The notes under the pieces are model-generated. The model was not told the DNA's origin, searched no databases, and saw only the letters and a program-made list of their open reading frames with translations. Shown here piece by piece: positions 12,853 to 27,036 of a stretch of DNA of 64,000 nt (its first letter is position 1; each line of letters begins with the position of its first letter). Source of the DNA: Toensbergia leucococca (Eukaryota); assembly GCA_022813965.1 (NCBI GenBank), contig JALDZS010000018.1:124001-188000 (forward strand), read 5' to 3'. The translations under genes and the position numbers were made by a program.

Positions 12853-15300
12853 TTGTATGGTTCTGAGGGGAGGGGAGGGGGCAATGGGTGAGGTTTGTGG
12901 CGCTTGAAAGACTGGCTGTCGTAAGTGGTGTGTTTTGATCCAAGTCGGGCTGTTACATGACGTCTTTGCTTGGAGGAGTGTTGTGTGATCTATTTCTGAT
13001 GGGACTGAGATGGGCTGCTGGATGTGCAGGATTTATGCGTCTGTTATGTTCATACAACCTATCCGCGGCCCCTAAGTTCTTGAAGCCCCACACACACACA
13101 TCTCCTTCCACTCTAAGCCCCCCAAAACCCACCACTTTGAAGAGCACCCCATGGAAGCTGAGACCGAGTGCTTTTTTACGCCCCCAGAACACCCATAGGG
13201 CGAAAGAAAACTGTGGGTGCTGAATCATTATCTCATGGTCGGATCGGACTACAGTCACTTGACCCAGGCGTTTCCCGGCTCCCATTTTTTTTTTAATTCA
13301 CACTCGCTCTTGTTGTGTTTTGCACGGGATTAGCCTGACTCTTGTCCTTTCTGTACACTCGTGGAGAAGACCGCAATCCGCAGCCCCGGGGAATGGGTTA
13401 ATTTCTGTATATACCGGACTTTTTGTGGGCGTAATTGAGTGCATATTCACGACATGTTTTCTAATCATATTTTCGGTAGCAATTTGATAGATCTAGGTAA
13501 CCCAAATAAGATACGAACCATGCGCTCCCCCACAATCTTCTATGAAAAGCCAGACAAGTACTCCAGTCCGCAGGTTGGATGAGGCTTGGCTGGAGCTCTT
13601 TCTGGCGCTGATGGGATATCTCAAATATCTCTCTGCAGATTGAGCTGGCTGAGGAAATGCATCAAATGTTCTGTGCGGGGTTTGCGGGATCGAGATGTGT
13701 CAACCGGGGTATTTGGCGTGGTTGGGAGTTTTCATTTCGTGAGCTTCATTGTGTGACGAGTCAGTTTCAAGGGATGATCTGGGCGCTGGGGGTATTGGTG
13801 CTACACAAATGGAGTGAAAACTTTTATTTATACGGCAGTGGAAGTAGGGGATCACTAGCTATCTCAATGATAATGCGACCGAAGTGGAATAAGAAGAGAT
13901 CTGGAGAGTGACACGGGTACCTTTTTGGGGCCGCCCATAGTCAAGAATTCGCGTTTGCTGGAAGCTGTGATTAGGTACTGGACCACCTGCTTGGACTACA
14001 TCAGAGCGAGCTTTGATGTGGCCATCCTGACATTTGCATCTCTTACCACCTTTTTTGAGGGGGACGATGAGCCCCCGCACTTTCGAGTGAAGCGCCCCCC
14101 CTTTTAAGGTCGAAGTGGACGGCCTGGAACGAACTCCAGCTGGCCCCAGTGAGCTTTCTCTGCCTTTTTCTACTCATGCACGCTTCTTTGGATTCTTGTG
14201 TTTGATGTTCCTGATTCTCTGCTTGTCGACAAACGTGATCCGCGGCTTGCATATGGAGTTGAGACGTGAAGTAGCTCTCATTGGGCTTTTTTCTGGCTTG
14301 GGATTCTTGTTGGTGGACTCTGTTTCCCTGTTTTTGTTATCCGTTCAACAAATCTATCCGGTCCAGCTGCGTGATCTCAGAGGCGGTGAGACTGTATCAT
14401 TTGTATCATTTGTATCGTTTCCTCTTCCAATCACTTGATGATCACGAAGACGTGCTTTGGCTATATGTCCTCTCATCTACCTATTTATTCCATCCCCTCT
14501 CTTCCAATCGCTACCCAACACATACTAAACCCGCCACCTAGCTGTCGTTGCCAACATCTTCATCTGGTCAGCGCATCGAGCCCTGCTGCTTCTGTAATTG
14601 CCGGATGCCTCCCTTATGGAAGCACAGTCGTGGTCCGGACGGTATTCTGAAGAGGCATCCAAAAGCATGCTTTCAAAACACATAGCGACATCAGTCTCCA
14701 GAATCCTGCGCACACACATGACCAATCAGGCCCCTGACAAGCTCCCTCCCAAAGTCTTCTCAAACAAAAGCAGAGAGTAGATGATAAGCGAGACTGGATG
14801 ATAATGCTGCGGAGCAAACATGATCAATCAGATTGATGGAATCGCTCACTCCTGTTCAAGCTTAGCCCGTCGAAGCTAGAGGGTCGAGAAAGAGCGGCAG
14901 GACTGGCAAAAGGGGTTCCGGGTTTTTCTGTTAGATGCGCAGTAGATACCCTCATTGGTAATAGGGGTTCCGAAACACCTCAGTGATCCGGAACACCTCA
15001 GTGACCCCACTTGACCTAAATAGGAAGCTCCAAGGCGGTAGAAAAGGAGTGCCCTAATTGGGGCTCCATGACGGACTGGGAGTCACCCATATATAAATAC
15101 GGCCTACATTCTCGTAGTCATTTAGTCCATGGCAATTTGAAAAAATCTTATATGCAAGAGCAACTAACCAATGGGGGAGCACCGAGGGGCTAAGGGTGAG
15201 TAAGGAGGGAGCAGGAGGGAGTGGAGGGGAGAGCATGAGAGAGTAACGGGCGAGCAGGTGGTCAGAATAGTCGCTAGCGCGGGAGCAAAGCAGCGACGCC

Positions 15301-16313
15301 TTAGTTAGACCCAAAGAAATCGCCCCCACACTCCCTCTCCACCACATCAAAAAGCGGCTTCGCGCTAAACCACCCCGCCCGCTCCGTCCCCACAGTCTTC
15401 CACGTAAACGCCGCCTCCGCATCCCCAATCTTCTTCGTCTCCTGCCCCCTGCCCCCAGCAGCGGCATCGGCCATCAGTTGCGCATGACAGCACTTTTCCA
15501 GGCTGACGAACCAGAAGACTGCGGATTCGACGGTGCGCCCGACGGTTAGGAGGCCGTGGTTTTGGAGGAGGGCGGCTTTGTGCGTGCCTAGGGCGGAGGC
15601 GATGTCGAGGCCTTCTTTTTCGGCGAGGACGATGCCGTTGAAGGAGGTGTAGAGGGCGTGGTCCTACAAGGGGTGGGTTAGTGGGGGGTGTTTTGGGGAT
15701 TGGTGCTGAGGGGGAGGAGGTACGTTGTGGAAGGCGCAGGAGTCTTGGGTGATTATGTCGAGCGGGCGGCCGAGGGCGCAGAAGGAGCGTCCTGGATGTG
15801 TCAGATGGACCTGACATCAATCCGCCATGGTAGGGGCTTACCGTAGATACTGTGGCTATGCGCCGCGCACAACACATCGGGCCTCGCCTTGTGAATCGCC
15901 GCATGGATCATAAACGCCGCCGCGTTCAACAATCGCACCTCGCCCCCCTCCAAAATCTGCGCCTCATAATCCACCCGTATTAAATCGCTCGTCTTGATCA
16001 GCGAAAAGGCCACCCCGAACGGATTCACCCAGAATGTGTGCGGCTCCACTGGATCCCGCAGCGTGATATGACCCGCGACACCTTCGTCGAAGCCGTATTT
16101 GCCAAAGATGCGGAAGGCGCAGGCTAGGCGGCCTTTGAGGTAGTCGCGCTCTTCGTATTTGGAGGTGAAGGTTGGGGGGCCGGGGAAATTGGGCATTTGG
16201 ACTTTTGCTTGGGCGGAGGTGAGGCCGGGTTCTAGGGGGGCTTTTACGGTAGTATCTGGGGAACCGTTGGTTTGGGGCGAGGGAGATGTCATTGTTGCGG
16301 AGGGAGGAGACAT
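15301..16313 (-). CDS. Class II aldolase/adducin N-terminal domain protein (Mug14-like)
   Basis: GFDEGVAGHITLRDP, AAFMIHAAIH, AAHSHSIYG, QDSCAF, LLQNHGLLTVG. Two GT-AG introns. TAA at 15301-15303. Confidence 0.9.
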
Positions 16314-17340
16314 GGTTGTGGGTGTTGTGGGCTTGGTGTTCGATGTCGAGTATTGACTGCGGTTGGTAATTTGTTCTTCTGCCGGACGTGCAATCGATTT
16401 GTGGGGAAGTAGTTGAGAAGGGAATACAGAGCGGTGGAGGTACATTTGTTTTTGGGAAGTTATTGGTTTCGGCGGCGGGGTCGCCTCCATGTTACCGTTC
16501 GAATAGCCGAGGTAAGGAGTGAGGAGGGGTTTCCGGTCTCAAGCGCCAGTAATCAGAGAGCAAAGCAAAGGTGCATGTGTCAGCTCGATGGATGAGAGTG
16601 TATTTCTGAAATGATTATGAAGATGAACAAGTAGGTGAGATCAAGAAGGTATGAGAGGTTTTTACGGGAACCATCAGCACATATCACTAGATGAAAGAGA
16701 TATATGAGAGAATGGCTTCTCCGAAATCACGCGCGAAGAGGCGTAAATAGACATAGGAACATATGAGACTGACATTTCAGTGATATGCGCCTCGAAGAAT
16801 TGAGGATGTGTGATGAAAGCGAAGACTAAGATTTCATCGGCCATGAAGCTAGAAACAAAGGCCGTCTTTTCAATAGGGCGACTCGTCCACGGCTATGCAG
16901 CGATGATTTGTACTGCATGTTTTGCACTGCAAGCCAATAGCCACGAGTGAGGTCGATGGCAGCGAAAAGTAAGAACTCAGCAGTCTTGAAGGGTGCGGAT
17001 GTCACGGCTTAGCTTCAGATTGGGAGTCGGTGCTTTGAGTATTACTATAGACAGGGAGATATAGTACCGAGGGTTGTATTTGGTGGTAACTGATAGAATA
17101 GGATTTGATGAGATCAGTCACTTCAAAAAACATGAATCGAGTTATGATGGATGAAATAACAAACTGGTGAAAGGTAGAAGTGAGGAGATAGGAGGCCAAG
17201 CTCATGCTGACCCGACCAGAGCTGCGTATGTGGTCATCCTCGGCCACCGGACATATTCTAGCTCTTCCGTGACATAATCGTTTGTGAAAAATAATGCACA
17301 GATTCATACTCCGTACATCTTTGTAAATCAATCACTCATC

Positions 17341-20302
17341 ATGGGGAGACGTGGAGGGAAAAGAGTCAGTACCTCTGATGGCATGCTTGCTGTGTCAATC
17401 ACGCTTATGCCAAATAGTTTGGAAACCGAAAAGCCGGTGGTGGTGGAGGAGGCGGAGGAAACCAGCGTACGCAGCGAGCCGACTATGAGCAAGTGCCCAA
17501 GAATAACAAGCTATTCGAGGACTACTACAACGACTTGAATTTAGTCGACGATGCAGAAAGGGACGACTTCTGGACTGCATTGCGTCGTGACCTGCCCAAT
17601 AGCTTCCGCTTTACTGGATCCAAAGGGTATATAATCCTAATCTCGACATTGGCATCTCTACGACTAATCGCTGAGAATTATCAGGCATGCCCTTCCAGTC
17701 CTGCAACAACTCAAGGAACACTACATCCCCGAAATCACTTCCATAACCAACAATGGCGAGCCAGTGGATCCACCAACTTCAATCCCCTGGTTTCCAGACC
17801 AAATGGCTTGGCAGATGACTACCTCCAAGAATGTCGTGCGCCGATTTCCCCCCTTTGCCTCGTTTCAAAAATTCCTGGTTTCTGAGACAACTGTTGGAAA
17901 CATTAGCAGGCAAGAGGTCGTCAGCATGATACCACCACTGCTGATGGATGTCAAGCCGGGAATGACTGTGCTGGATCTATGTGCTGCACCTGGCAGTAAA
18001 GCAGCCCAGCTCATCGAGATGGTTCATGGGGGCGAAGAAGCTCGAACGCGCAAGGTTCTACGCCAAATCAAAACAGAAGAGGGTCGAGACTTGAGCCCAG
18101 ATGGAGAAGAGATTGCCCAGGAGATACATGATGAAGAAAAGACAGGCGATTGGTCAGATGACGGAAGGACTACTGGCCTACTGATAGCTAATGATGCTGA
18201 CTACAAAAGAGCTCATTTGCTCATACATCAGATGAAGCGTCTCAACTCTCCCAATCTAATCGTGACTAATCATGATGCCACCCTATATCCTTCTATCAAG
18301 CTGCCATCCAAGCAGAAAGTAGAAGGCCATCCTCTTCAAAGTAGATGGCTAAAATTTGACCGCGTCCTTGCCGACGTGCCTTGTTCTGGGGATGGTACCT
18401 GCCGGAAGAACGTTAATGTTTGGAAAGACTGGAATCCTGGCAATGCCTTGGGATTGTTCACGACCCAAGTCCGCATTCTTATCCGTGCTCTACAATTGCT
18501 GAAGGTTGGAGGGCGAGTTGTCTACTCGACTTGCAGTATGAATCCGATTGAGAACGAGGCCGTCATTGCAAGCGCCATTGAACGCTGCGGCGGCCTTCCT
18601 CATGTTGATCTAGTGGATTGCAGTAGAGCTCTCCCGGAATTGAAAAGAAGGAACGGCCTGAATCGTTGGAAGGTGATTGACAAGCAAGGGAAAAAATGGG
18701 AATCCTGGTCAGACGTAGAAGAAGCAAGATCTAAATCGGGGTCCGATGGTTTAGGAAAGCTGATCGAGGGAATGTTTCCGCCGACCTCCAAGTCACATGA
18801 AATGATACCTCTCGATAGGTGTATGCGCGTGTATGGGCACTTGCAAGACACTGGGGCCTTCTTCATCACTGTTCTGGAGAAAAAGACGGAGATCAAAGCC
18901 AAACCCGAGGCCGAGTCCACCAAGACGGAGTCGAAGCCACCTATCATGGCAATTGTCGATGAAATAGAAGCGCAGCCAACGAATGGCAACCATTCAGCTG
19001 GATTAAACCGCGCGCTAGATGAAATAGCACCCCCACAAGGGCACGCAGGCGAAGAAGAAGGGCAATCAGCAGCTGCTCGACAAAACAGGGAGAACGCACC
19101 GACTGAAGCCATCACAACACAGAAACATGAGCTTGACGACGCAGCAGATGCGGAAATGTCAAGTAAGCGGATTAAGTTTCGTGAAGAAGTCGACGAAGCC
19201 GCTCCCCGAGGCGAAGAAGACCGACAAGTTCACTGGCCACCACCACCAGGAGCAGTGCTAGACATCACCCGGCCGGAATTTGCTTCCCTACCTAAACCAG
19301 CCCCACCGAAACCACAGCAACAGAAGAAAAAACCCAACCAACCCTATGAAGAACCATTCATATATTTAGACCCCAACCACGAAGCCCTCGAATCCATCTA
19401 CACCTTCTACCAACTCGCAGCCCGCTTCCCAAAATCCCGCTTCATGGTCCGCAACGCCACCGGCAACCCTGTCAAAACTATATACTACACCTCATCGTTA
19501 GCGCGCGACATCCTCATCGAAAACCAAGGCCGCGGCCTCAAATTTGTGCACTGCGGTATCAAGATGTTTGTCAAGCAGGACGTGCAGAAAGAGGGGACGT
19601 GTCCGTGGCGAGTGCAGACTGACGGGCTTCCGACGCTGGAAGCATGGGTTGGCGAGGACCGGGTGGTGCGGCTGTGGAGTCGAAAAACGCTGCGGAAGTT
19701 GCTGGTGGAGATGTTTCCCAAGGTGAGCGGAGATGGATGGCAGGATCTTGGCGAGATTGGCGAGCGTGTGAGAGATATGGGGATGGGGTGTTCAGTGCTC
19801 AGAGTGGAGAAAAGCGACGGCGAAGACGGCTTTAGGTATGTTGAACTCCCTTTGCCAAAGAGGCTCCTTCCCTGCCCTCCCTTGGCCTCTTGAAGTGCCA
19901 GATACACTGACGATATGAAACAGCGAGCGTATGGTCCTCCCCCTCTGGCGCAGCGCCGCTTCCTTGAACCTCATGCTGCCCAAGGAAGACCGCAAAGCCA
20001 TGCTCCTGCGCATCTATAATGATGACACCCCGCTGATGGACCATTCCAAGGACCGCTTCAAGGCCGAACCTACTATCTCTGAGCCTGTTCCGAAGTCTCC
20101 GCTGTCTAATGGTGATGCATTTGTTGATACAAGTGAGGGGCTCGAGCAGGTGGGTGGGGCGCTGGATGAGGATGTTGGGGAGATGCTTGGGGTGGAGGGG
20201 GTTAGTGAGGATGAGGAGGTGGAGGGGGGAGTCAGGTTGGGGGATGGGGATGCGATGGTCCTGGATCCGGGGGATGGGGATGGGACTGTGCGTGGTCTGT
20301 GA
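17341..20302 (+). CDS. NCL1: tRNA cytosine-C5 methyltransferase Ncl1/Trm4 (NSUN2 family)
   Basis: ISRQEVVSMIPP, VLDLCAAPGSK, FDRVLADVPCSGDG, VYSTCSMNPIENEAV. Three GT-AG introns. Confidence 0.93.
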
Positions 20303-22706
20303 TTGCTGTAGCAGGTCTTGTGAGAGCGGCTCGTGAGATTATTCATCTATCTAGGTTCTTTGCCCCCTACGTAGTCATCATATTCCCACCTTCGTCTTTC
20401 ACGGTGAATAATGGCACAAAGCGACTGTGAACAGGGTTGGGAAATCACATGAGGAATTGGAATACTTCCTTGCGCAAGGTTGATGTACATCGCAACTGCA
20501 CAATCGCTAGGTAGAATGTCATTCCCATAAAGTGATCTGCAGATCAAAAAGTCTGAGGCTAGAGGAGGAGACATGCCAGACTCTCTCAATGCCGTGCCCG
20601 CCACGATTTTTTTTGTAATCAAGGTTTCAATTGTGTCTAACATGAATTGGATAAGCTTTGAGAATATATCAATCATTTATCAAGACTTTCAGAGGTGAAA
20701 GTTTGTTGATGTATATCCTTCCTGTTACTAGTAGCGATCAACGCGATCATTGCGCTGCGAGCCTGGGATTCAGATCGGCGAGCGCGAAGACGCCAAACAC
20801 TTTTTTCGGAAAATGTCATCACATCCTTGGTCCCATGTACTTGGCGATTTGGTGGCAGTCGCTTGAAAATCAGTGTATGCAAAGAGGATCGAAACATGGA
20901 GGCTCCCTGATTGAAGATCAATCCTTTGCAAATTGATCATGATGTAGCAGGAGATGTTTTTGTGCGATATAGAATGTTTTTTATATGGAAATGGGTAGCA
21001 TGAGTACAGCTAATTCCAAAGAGTAAAAAGAGATATTCATCTATGATGCTCGCAGGTATGGGTCATGTTCAAAGGGACATTAATATAAATTCTAGTCAGA
21101 TTGTGCCCGTCAGATTATCACAAACAAAACTTCTTGCGATCAGCTCACAGAAGCGTCAGGAGCTGGTCATAATTTAGAGCGTAGTGGGACCATAATCGCC
21201 GATGCAGCGAGTGCAGATTGAAAGATTTGACGGTTTAGATGATATGAGTTTCCACATCGCTGAGCCGTGTGCCTGCCCTAGGCTAACACATGTACGAGTA
21301 CTCTAGGCAAAAGCATGCTCGACACTCAGCCTCGATCATAGCAATCTGTCTCGATTGCCCTTTCCGCTCTATTTGTCAAGCTACACGTCGTTAGCATGCC
21401 GTTGGCAAAGGGAATTGGAGGCAGAATGGAGGAAAGGGAATCATGTAAGTTGTAGTCGAGGAGTCGAAGTAGACATTTTCATAGGGCTACCAAGCCAGGA
21501 CGCTAACCGCAATTGTCCTAAGGTAATTTCCGTCAAACACCTCCACCACTCCACTACCTACCTAACCTCCTAACTTCCAGCCTCCTTCCTCCCTCCCTCC
21601 GCAAATATCCTCCGCACTATCTTGCGCGTCTGCAGTCTCATCCATGTCTTCACGAAGCTGTCGACTACCCTTTGGCTGTACGCGCAGCAGCAGTAGCCAA
21701 TCCTTTTAGCCGCCTTGCGACAGAATAATCTTCGACTTGCACTCTTATCCCATTTGGTAGTCCCTAGCAACATTGGGGGTGGCTGTCATTCTTCAAATTT
21801 CCCTTCATTAGGCCGAGTTTGAGTTAACTCAGATATTGATCCTATAGTTACAGATGATTAGCTTAAGTCTGCTTTCAAGCGCTTCACCAGAGCCAGAAAA
21901 AACTGGCTCGAGATTATATAGGATACCATCCTCATTTTTCCCGTCGACTGTTCCTTCAGTCTTCTCGCATCTTCATCTTGCTAGTCCTGCACAACCAACC
22001 CATTACCCTACCTATTAAAACCTACTCAAATGTTACCACGACCCATTGAACCCTTCCCTTTCTCTTCCTATCCTATCAGTTTATTGACCCCGTCCGCGAC
22101 CCCCGCAGATAAAACGCTACAATGCAGTTCACCCCCATGTTGCTCCTCTACACTTCGTACGTCGGGACGTTTTCAACCCATGGGCTCTACGTCTCTCCGA
22201 ACCCCTGCAGTGGGGGCTTCAGAGCTTGTCATCTGATGGCTTTACCTCGTTGTCGCTGGTGCTGATGGTCAAGCCGACTTCGTCCCGCCCACCATCTCAA
22301 GAATACCAGACTGAGGCGTGGTTTCAAAGGTACGACCCGCAAAGCGGGACTACACTAGCATCTTTGAAGGTCTCAAAGCCAATCATGATCTGTTGAACTA
22401 ATGGCTGCTTGCTCTTTGATTGCGTGATTAGATCCATCAAGCTGCTGCAGTGTGCTATTCACAGCGTACCACATATCGTCGCAAGTCGGCAGAATCCAAA
22501 AGTGTTTGATCTGGATATAAAAGTCTCAAGATTATACTTTCCATCAGCTCTAGATAGAGCCATCTATACTACTACTATGTTGCCTTGGACTCATCGCAGA
22601 TGGCTCGATCGTCTCAAGTTATGGTCATCTATCTCCCATTCAACTTACCGATATCAGGCATCAGAAAGTAGTTTTTCACCATCTCTGATTATCATCCTGT
22701 ACCAAG

Positions 22707-23649
22707 ATGCCGAATTTTCTTTTCATCTTTTTCTTCGCTCCCATCATCACCTCCCTTGTCATCCAATCACAGATCAACAGCACCACTTTAGGAGGACTGT
22801 CGGGACGTACCACTGTTCCAATCGACTCCGACATGACCTGTAGTACAATCTACGGGCATCCCCGCAGCGATCACTGTTCGATGGTTGGATTGCAAATACA
22901 GTTCGTCCTAGGTAAATCCAATGCTGCTTTGGAAGCCTGGGAAGATAACGACTATGAATTTGTATCCATCGGCCATGAACCACAATATTCCGAGGCAGGC
23001 TCATACCAGACGCCTTTGTATTTCCAATATGGTCTGTAGCATTTCCATGCTCTTGGAATTCCAAGACACTGACATTTCTCGTGCATGCACCTGCATCGGT
23101 GCTATTTTCGTTGACCAAAGTCCTGGGAGTCCAATCTCGGATGTAGAAAGATGGATCACGATCTCTGAAGAATCATCAAGCCTTGCAATCGGCTGTGTTT
23201 TGCTCCGAAACATGGGAGGAACAGTAGCTCGCCTAGGTCTTGAATCACGAGGCCTTAATTTCTACTTCTACGCCCCAGATTCTCCTTTTGATCTCATGCT
23301 GCAATTGGTACTCCGATGCCCGACTTGCAACCAGAACAGCTGTTCCGCCAGACTCGGCACAAATGCACAATGCTCGAATAATAAGCAAGTTACAGAAAAC
23401 CCGTCAGCACCGCCGGGATCTCCTAACCCACAAATCCCGTCAACCCTCCCACGTCTCCAGAATGATTTTAGGTCTTCTTTCCAACAGGGCTGCAGTATAT
23501 CTTGTCACTCGCAAGCAGATTGTGAATGTAGTGGTTACCAGTGTATGCAAGACAATTCTGTGATTGCAAGGTTGAGGAAGACAACGATGGAATGCGTCTT
23601 TGTTCCGCTTGCGTCTAGCCTGATCGGGAAGAGGGATATGGAGCCATGA
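22707..23649 (+). CDS. Secreted cysteine-rich protein (KP4/Ecp2-like pattern plus C-terminal Cys-rich module); possibly a pseudogene
   Basis: Signal-peptide-like N-terminus, then TCSTIYGHPRSDHC, TPLYFQYG|TCIGAIF and IGCVLLRNMGG. The expected intron 23032-23086 ends in CAT rather than CAG. Confidence 0.5.
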
Positions 23650-24618
23650 GATGGGTTTGAACGGACGTTGAAATGAGAACAATATGCATGTGTGGCTCAG
23701 CTTCAGGTTGACTCGGAGTCTGGCGATCTTGTTTGTGTTGGATTGAATTTGGATCGATAGATATGCTCGAAAGTCACTCCTCTATCACAGGGAGATTCCT
23801 CTCGGAGTTTAAGATTTCATGGTTCTAGAATTGGGCATGTCTCCATCGCATAAATGGCAGTACCCGCAATCTTCCCATGCCGCTCCCACTTCATCCCTCA
23901 AACGACCTCCACCCGCATCTCTTAATAATTCAACGCTCCACCACCCCCACGATCCTGCAGACTTAGTACAAAAGAGCCAGCCCGAAGCCTTCCCAGGCGC
24001 ATGAAACATGATGCAGGATTCAATTCGACAAAAACAGACGAATGAAAAGACCCTGGCCAGTCTAACCAGACAAAAAATCAACCGAATAGAGTCTGGAAGG
24101 GGGTTGAATGCGACCCGGGGAGCTGAATGAACTAAGTACAGCTTCGATACAACGTGCTGAGATCCAGGGGATTATCCTCTCGTAGATAGTTCTAGTTCTC
24201 ACAATGAAAGTGCTGAGTGACATCTTCTGCTAGTCTTGTCCTTGGTGTCAAGCTAGGGAGCTATTGTTGCTGGTGATTACACAGGCAAATGTAGTATTAG
24301 TTTGACAATGTCTGATTGATCCTGCATTGTCATTGAATGAGATTGAAGCTGGTAAGATGGTAAGATGGTAATCTACGAGCACAGACACCTCCACAGTCTA
24401 GGGTTTCTCCTATCTTGAGCGAAGCGGTCCACGGCTAACTATATATGAATTAGCTCAGATCTTTTTATCTTGACGCGCAAAAAGTTCAAATGTACTCCAT
24501 CGCGGCATCTCAGCACCCACTGTTATCACTACTGTTTAGAATTGAACGAGCTCACTTTATTTCATTCGGCCTCAGCACTCTCAAGCTACTACCCTCTTTT
24601 AATACTCCCAAAATATCC

Positions 24619-27036
24619 ATGTTGACTGTTGTGCGGAGAGGCTCTGCCTCCATTACAAAATTGCTACTCATACCCTCGACTTCGTCACCATGTGTCAAAT
24701 CTTTTATCTCACGATCCTATCGCCAACACGCTACTCAAACGCCTTCTCCACATCTAATTAGGTTCCTAAGTACCGCTCCACAATGGAAGCAGCGAAATGC
24801 CCTGGCCAATGAGGACTTGGAAGATGAAATTGTCGAAAGCCAAATTGAGCAGAAAATCCAATCGCAAACCCCACCATCAGACTCTCAAACCGACGAGGCA
24901 GCACATCATGGCCCAGTCACCAAATTCCAGGGACTACTTGATCGTAAGCTGGTCTGCGAAACCGTGGTCAAAACCATCACAGATGTTATGCGCCTCGAAA
25001 CCATGACTCAAGTTCAGAGCATGACCATTAATGAGACTCTCAAAGGAATTGATGTGTAAGTGATGTACATCAAAGTACTTAGCCTGGCCCTATGACTGAC
25101 AATTTCTTTCAGCATAGCCCAAGCTCGTACTGGTACCGGTAAAACATTAGCTTTCCTCATCCCTGTGCTCCAGAACATCATAAGCCGAGACCCAAGTCTC
25201 GAGCATCATAAAGGTTGGGGTAATTCAAAAAAGACGACCCCTATGGACATTAGAGCAATTATCATTTCACCGACACGAGAACTAGCCGAGCAGATTGCAG
25301 TGGAAGCGAACAAGTTGGTCCGCAATACCGGAGTCATTGTACAAACCGCTGTCGGAGGCTCAGCCAAGCAATTTGGTCTTCGAAAAATTGAAAAAGAGGG
25401 ATGTCATGTATTGGTGGGAACACCTGGCCGATTGAACGACATTCTGTCAGATCCTTACAGCAGAGTACGAGCACCAAATCTGAGTGCCCTTGTTCTAGAC
25501 GAAGCAGATAGATTACTTGATCAGGGCTTCTCATTAGAGATCGCAGCCATCCAAAAAAACCTACCCCAGAGAAGCGAAGTTGACCGACAAACTCTCCTAT
25601 TTTCTGCAACGGTGCCACAGGAAGTCATGCAAATGGTGAGGAGCACTATGAAGCGAGATTTTAAATTCGTAAGGACCGTACAGGAAGGAGAGCTGCAAAC
25701 CCATCAAAAGGTACCACAAAAAGTGGTCAACATTCGCAGTTTTGAAAACCTTATGCCGGCGTTGCTTGAATTGTGCAAGCGGAAAATTGCTGAAGCAGAT
25801 GAATTACCTTTCAAAGCTATTGTCTACTTTGGTGCTACCGCAGAGGTTACCCTTGCCGCTTCAATCTTTCGAAATCTCAAGAACCCAGGAGCAAGCGCGT
25901 TCCATCAACATCCTCTTTCCCCTGCTAAAATTATCGAAATCCATGCCAAATTAACCCAGGCGCAACGAACACATGCGGCGGATGATTTTCGACGGTCAAA
26001 GTCTGGAATATTATTTTCCTCTGATGTGACCGCCCGGGGTATGGACTTTCCAAACGTAACTCATGTTATTCAAATAGGTATACCAGCGAATAGAGACACC
26101 TATATTCATCGCCTAGGTCGTACTGCTCGAGGAGACAAACCTGGTGAGGGGTGGTTATTTGCAACTCCCGTAGATGGGAATGTAGTTAGAGAAAGGCTGA
26201 ATAATCTGCCATTGGAAGTCGATCGATCTTTGGATACCGGCACTGTCGATATGACCAAGGATGCTCAGCTACCCGAAGATGTTGCCACTACCTTGACGCA
26301 GGTTGTCGATGCCACGAAAATGGTTCCGTTCTCGGAAAAACGGGCCGCTTACGTGGCCTGTTTAGGTGTATATCAATGGGTACAAAATAAGCAAAACTTG
26401 ATCAATCTTCTAAACTCTCGCTCAACTTACGGTTGGGGTGCGCATACGCCGCCAGCGGTTAGTCCTCTCTTGGTTAGGAAGCTTGGGCTTGGACGTGTAG
26501 AAGGTATCAATATAGGACGCCCTGAAGACTCTTCTGGCCAGGGAGGTGGAGGGGATAGATTTGGTTCTTCTCGGGGCGATTACGGCGGCTCCTCCAGAGG
26601 TGGATTTGACAGATCCTCGAGGGGTGGATATGGCGGATCTTCAAGAGGTAGTCACGGTGGGTTTTCGAGGAGTAATTACGGCGACTCTTCAAGAGGCGGA
26701 TCATCAAGAGGCAGCTTCGGAGATTCTCCGAGGAGTAATTACGGTGACTCTTCAAGAGGCGGATCTTCGAGAGGTAGCTACGGGGAATCTTCACGAAGCA
26801 CTTACGGTGGTTCTTCGCGAGGTGGCTACGGTGATGTTGGCGAGAGCTCGGAACGAAGTCCTCGATCTTACGGCAGCGGTGACCGTTCTGGTGGATCCGG
26901 CGGGTACCAACGGCGCGAATTTGGCGAGAGAGGTTCTTATGGTTCGGGTGATAGAGGAAGTAGCAGAGGAAGGGGTGGCTATGGAGGAGATCGTGAGCAG
27001 AGGACGAGTAGAGTCAGCCATGACGACGGTGACTGA
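24619..27036 (+). CDS. MSS116: Mitochondrial DEAD-box RNA helicase, Mss116/CYT-19-like, with an RGG-rich tail
   Basis: Presequence-like N-terminus, Q motif (MTQVQ), AQARTGTGKT, PTRELA, DEAD, SAT, ARGMD, HRLGRTAR. Intron at 25056-25112. Confidence 0.85.
26560..26835 (+). repeat. Coding tandem repeat SSRG(G/S)(Y/F/H)G in the helicase tail
   Basis: About 9-10 imperfect units. The DNA block CGAGGAGTAATTACGGYGACTCTTCAAGAGGCGGATC occurs twice, 63 nt apart. Confidence 0.8.

Noticed and set aside
14968..15005. Direct repeat CCG(A/G)AACACCTCAGTGA x2
   Set aside because: Only two short copies and no associated element. It may be a regulatory site, but that cannot be tested from sequence alone.
12950..15050. 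Possible genes between the GT25 and aldolase genes
   Set aside because: Only short overlapping ORFs without motifs or consistent splice structure.
21398..21573. Small spliced gene suggested by GTAAGT...GCTAAC...AAG signals
   Set aside because: The spliced product is short with no recognisable homology, so it cannot be supported.
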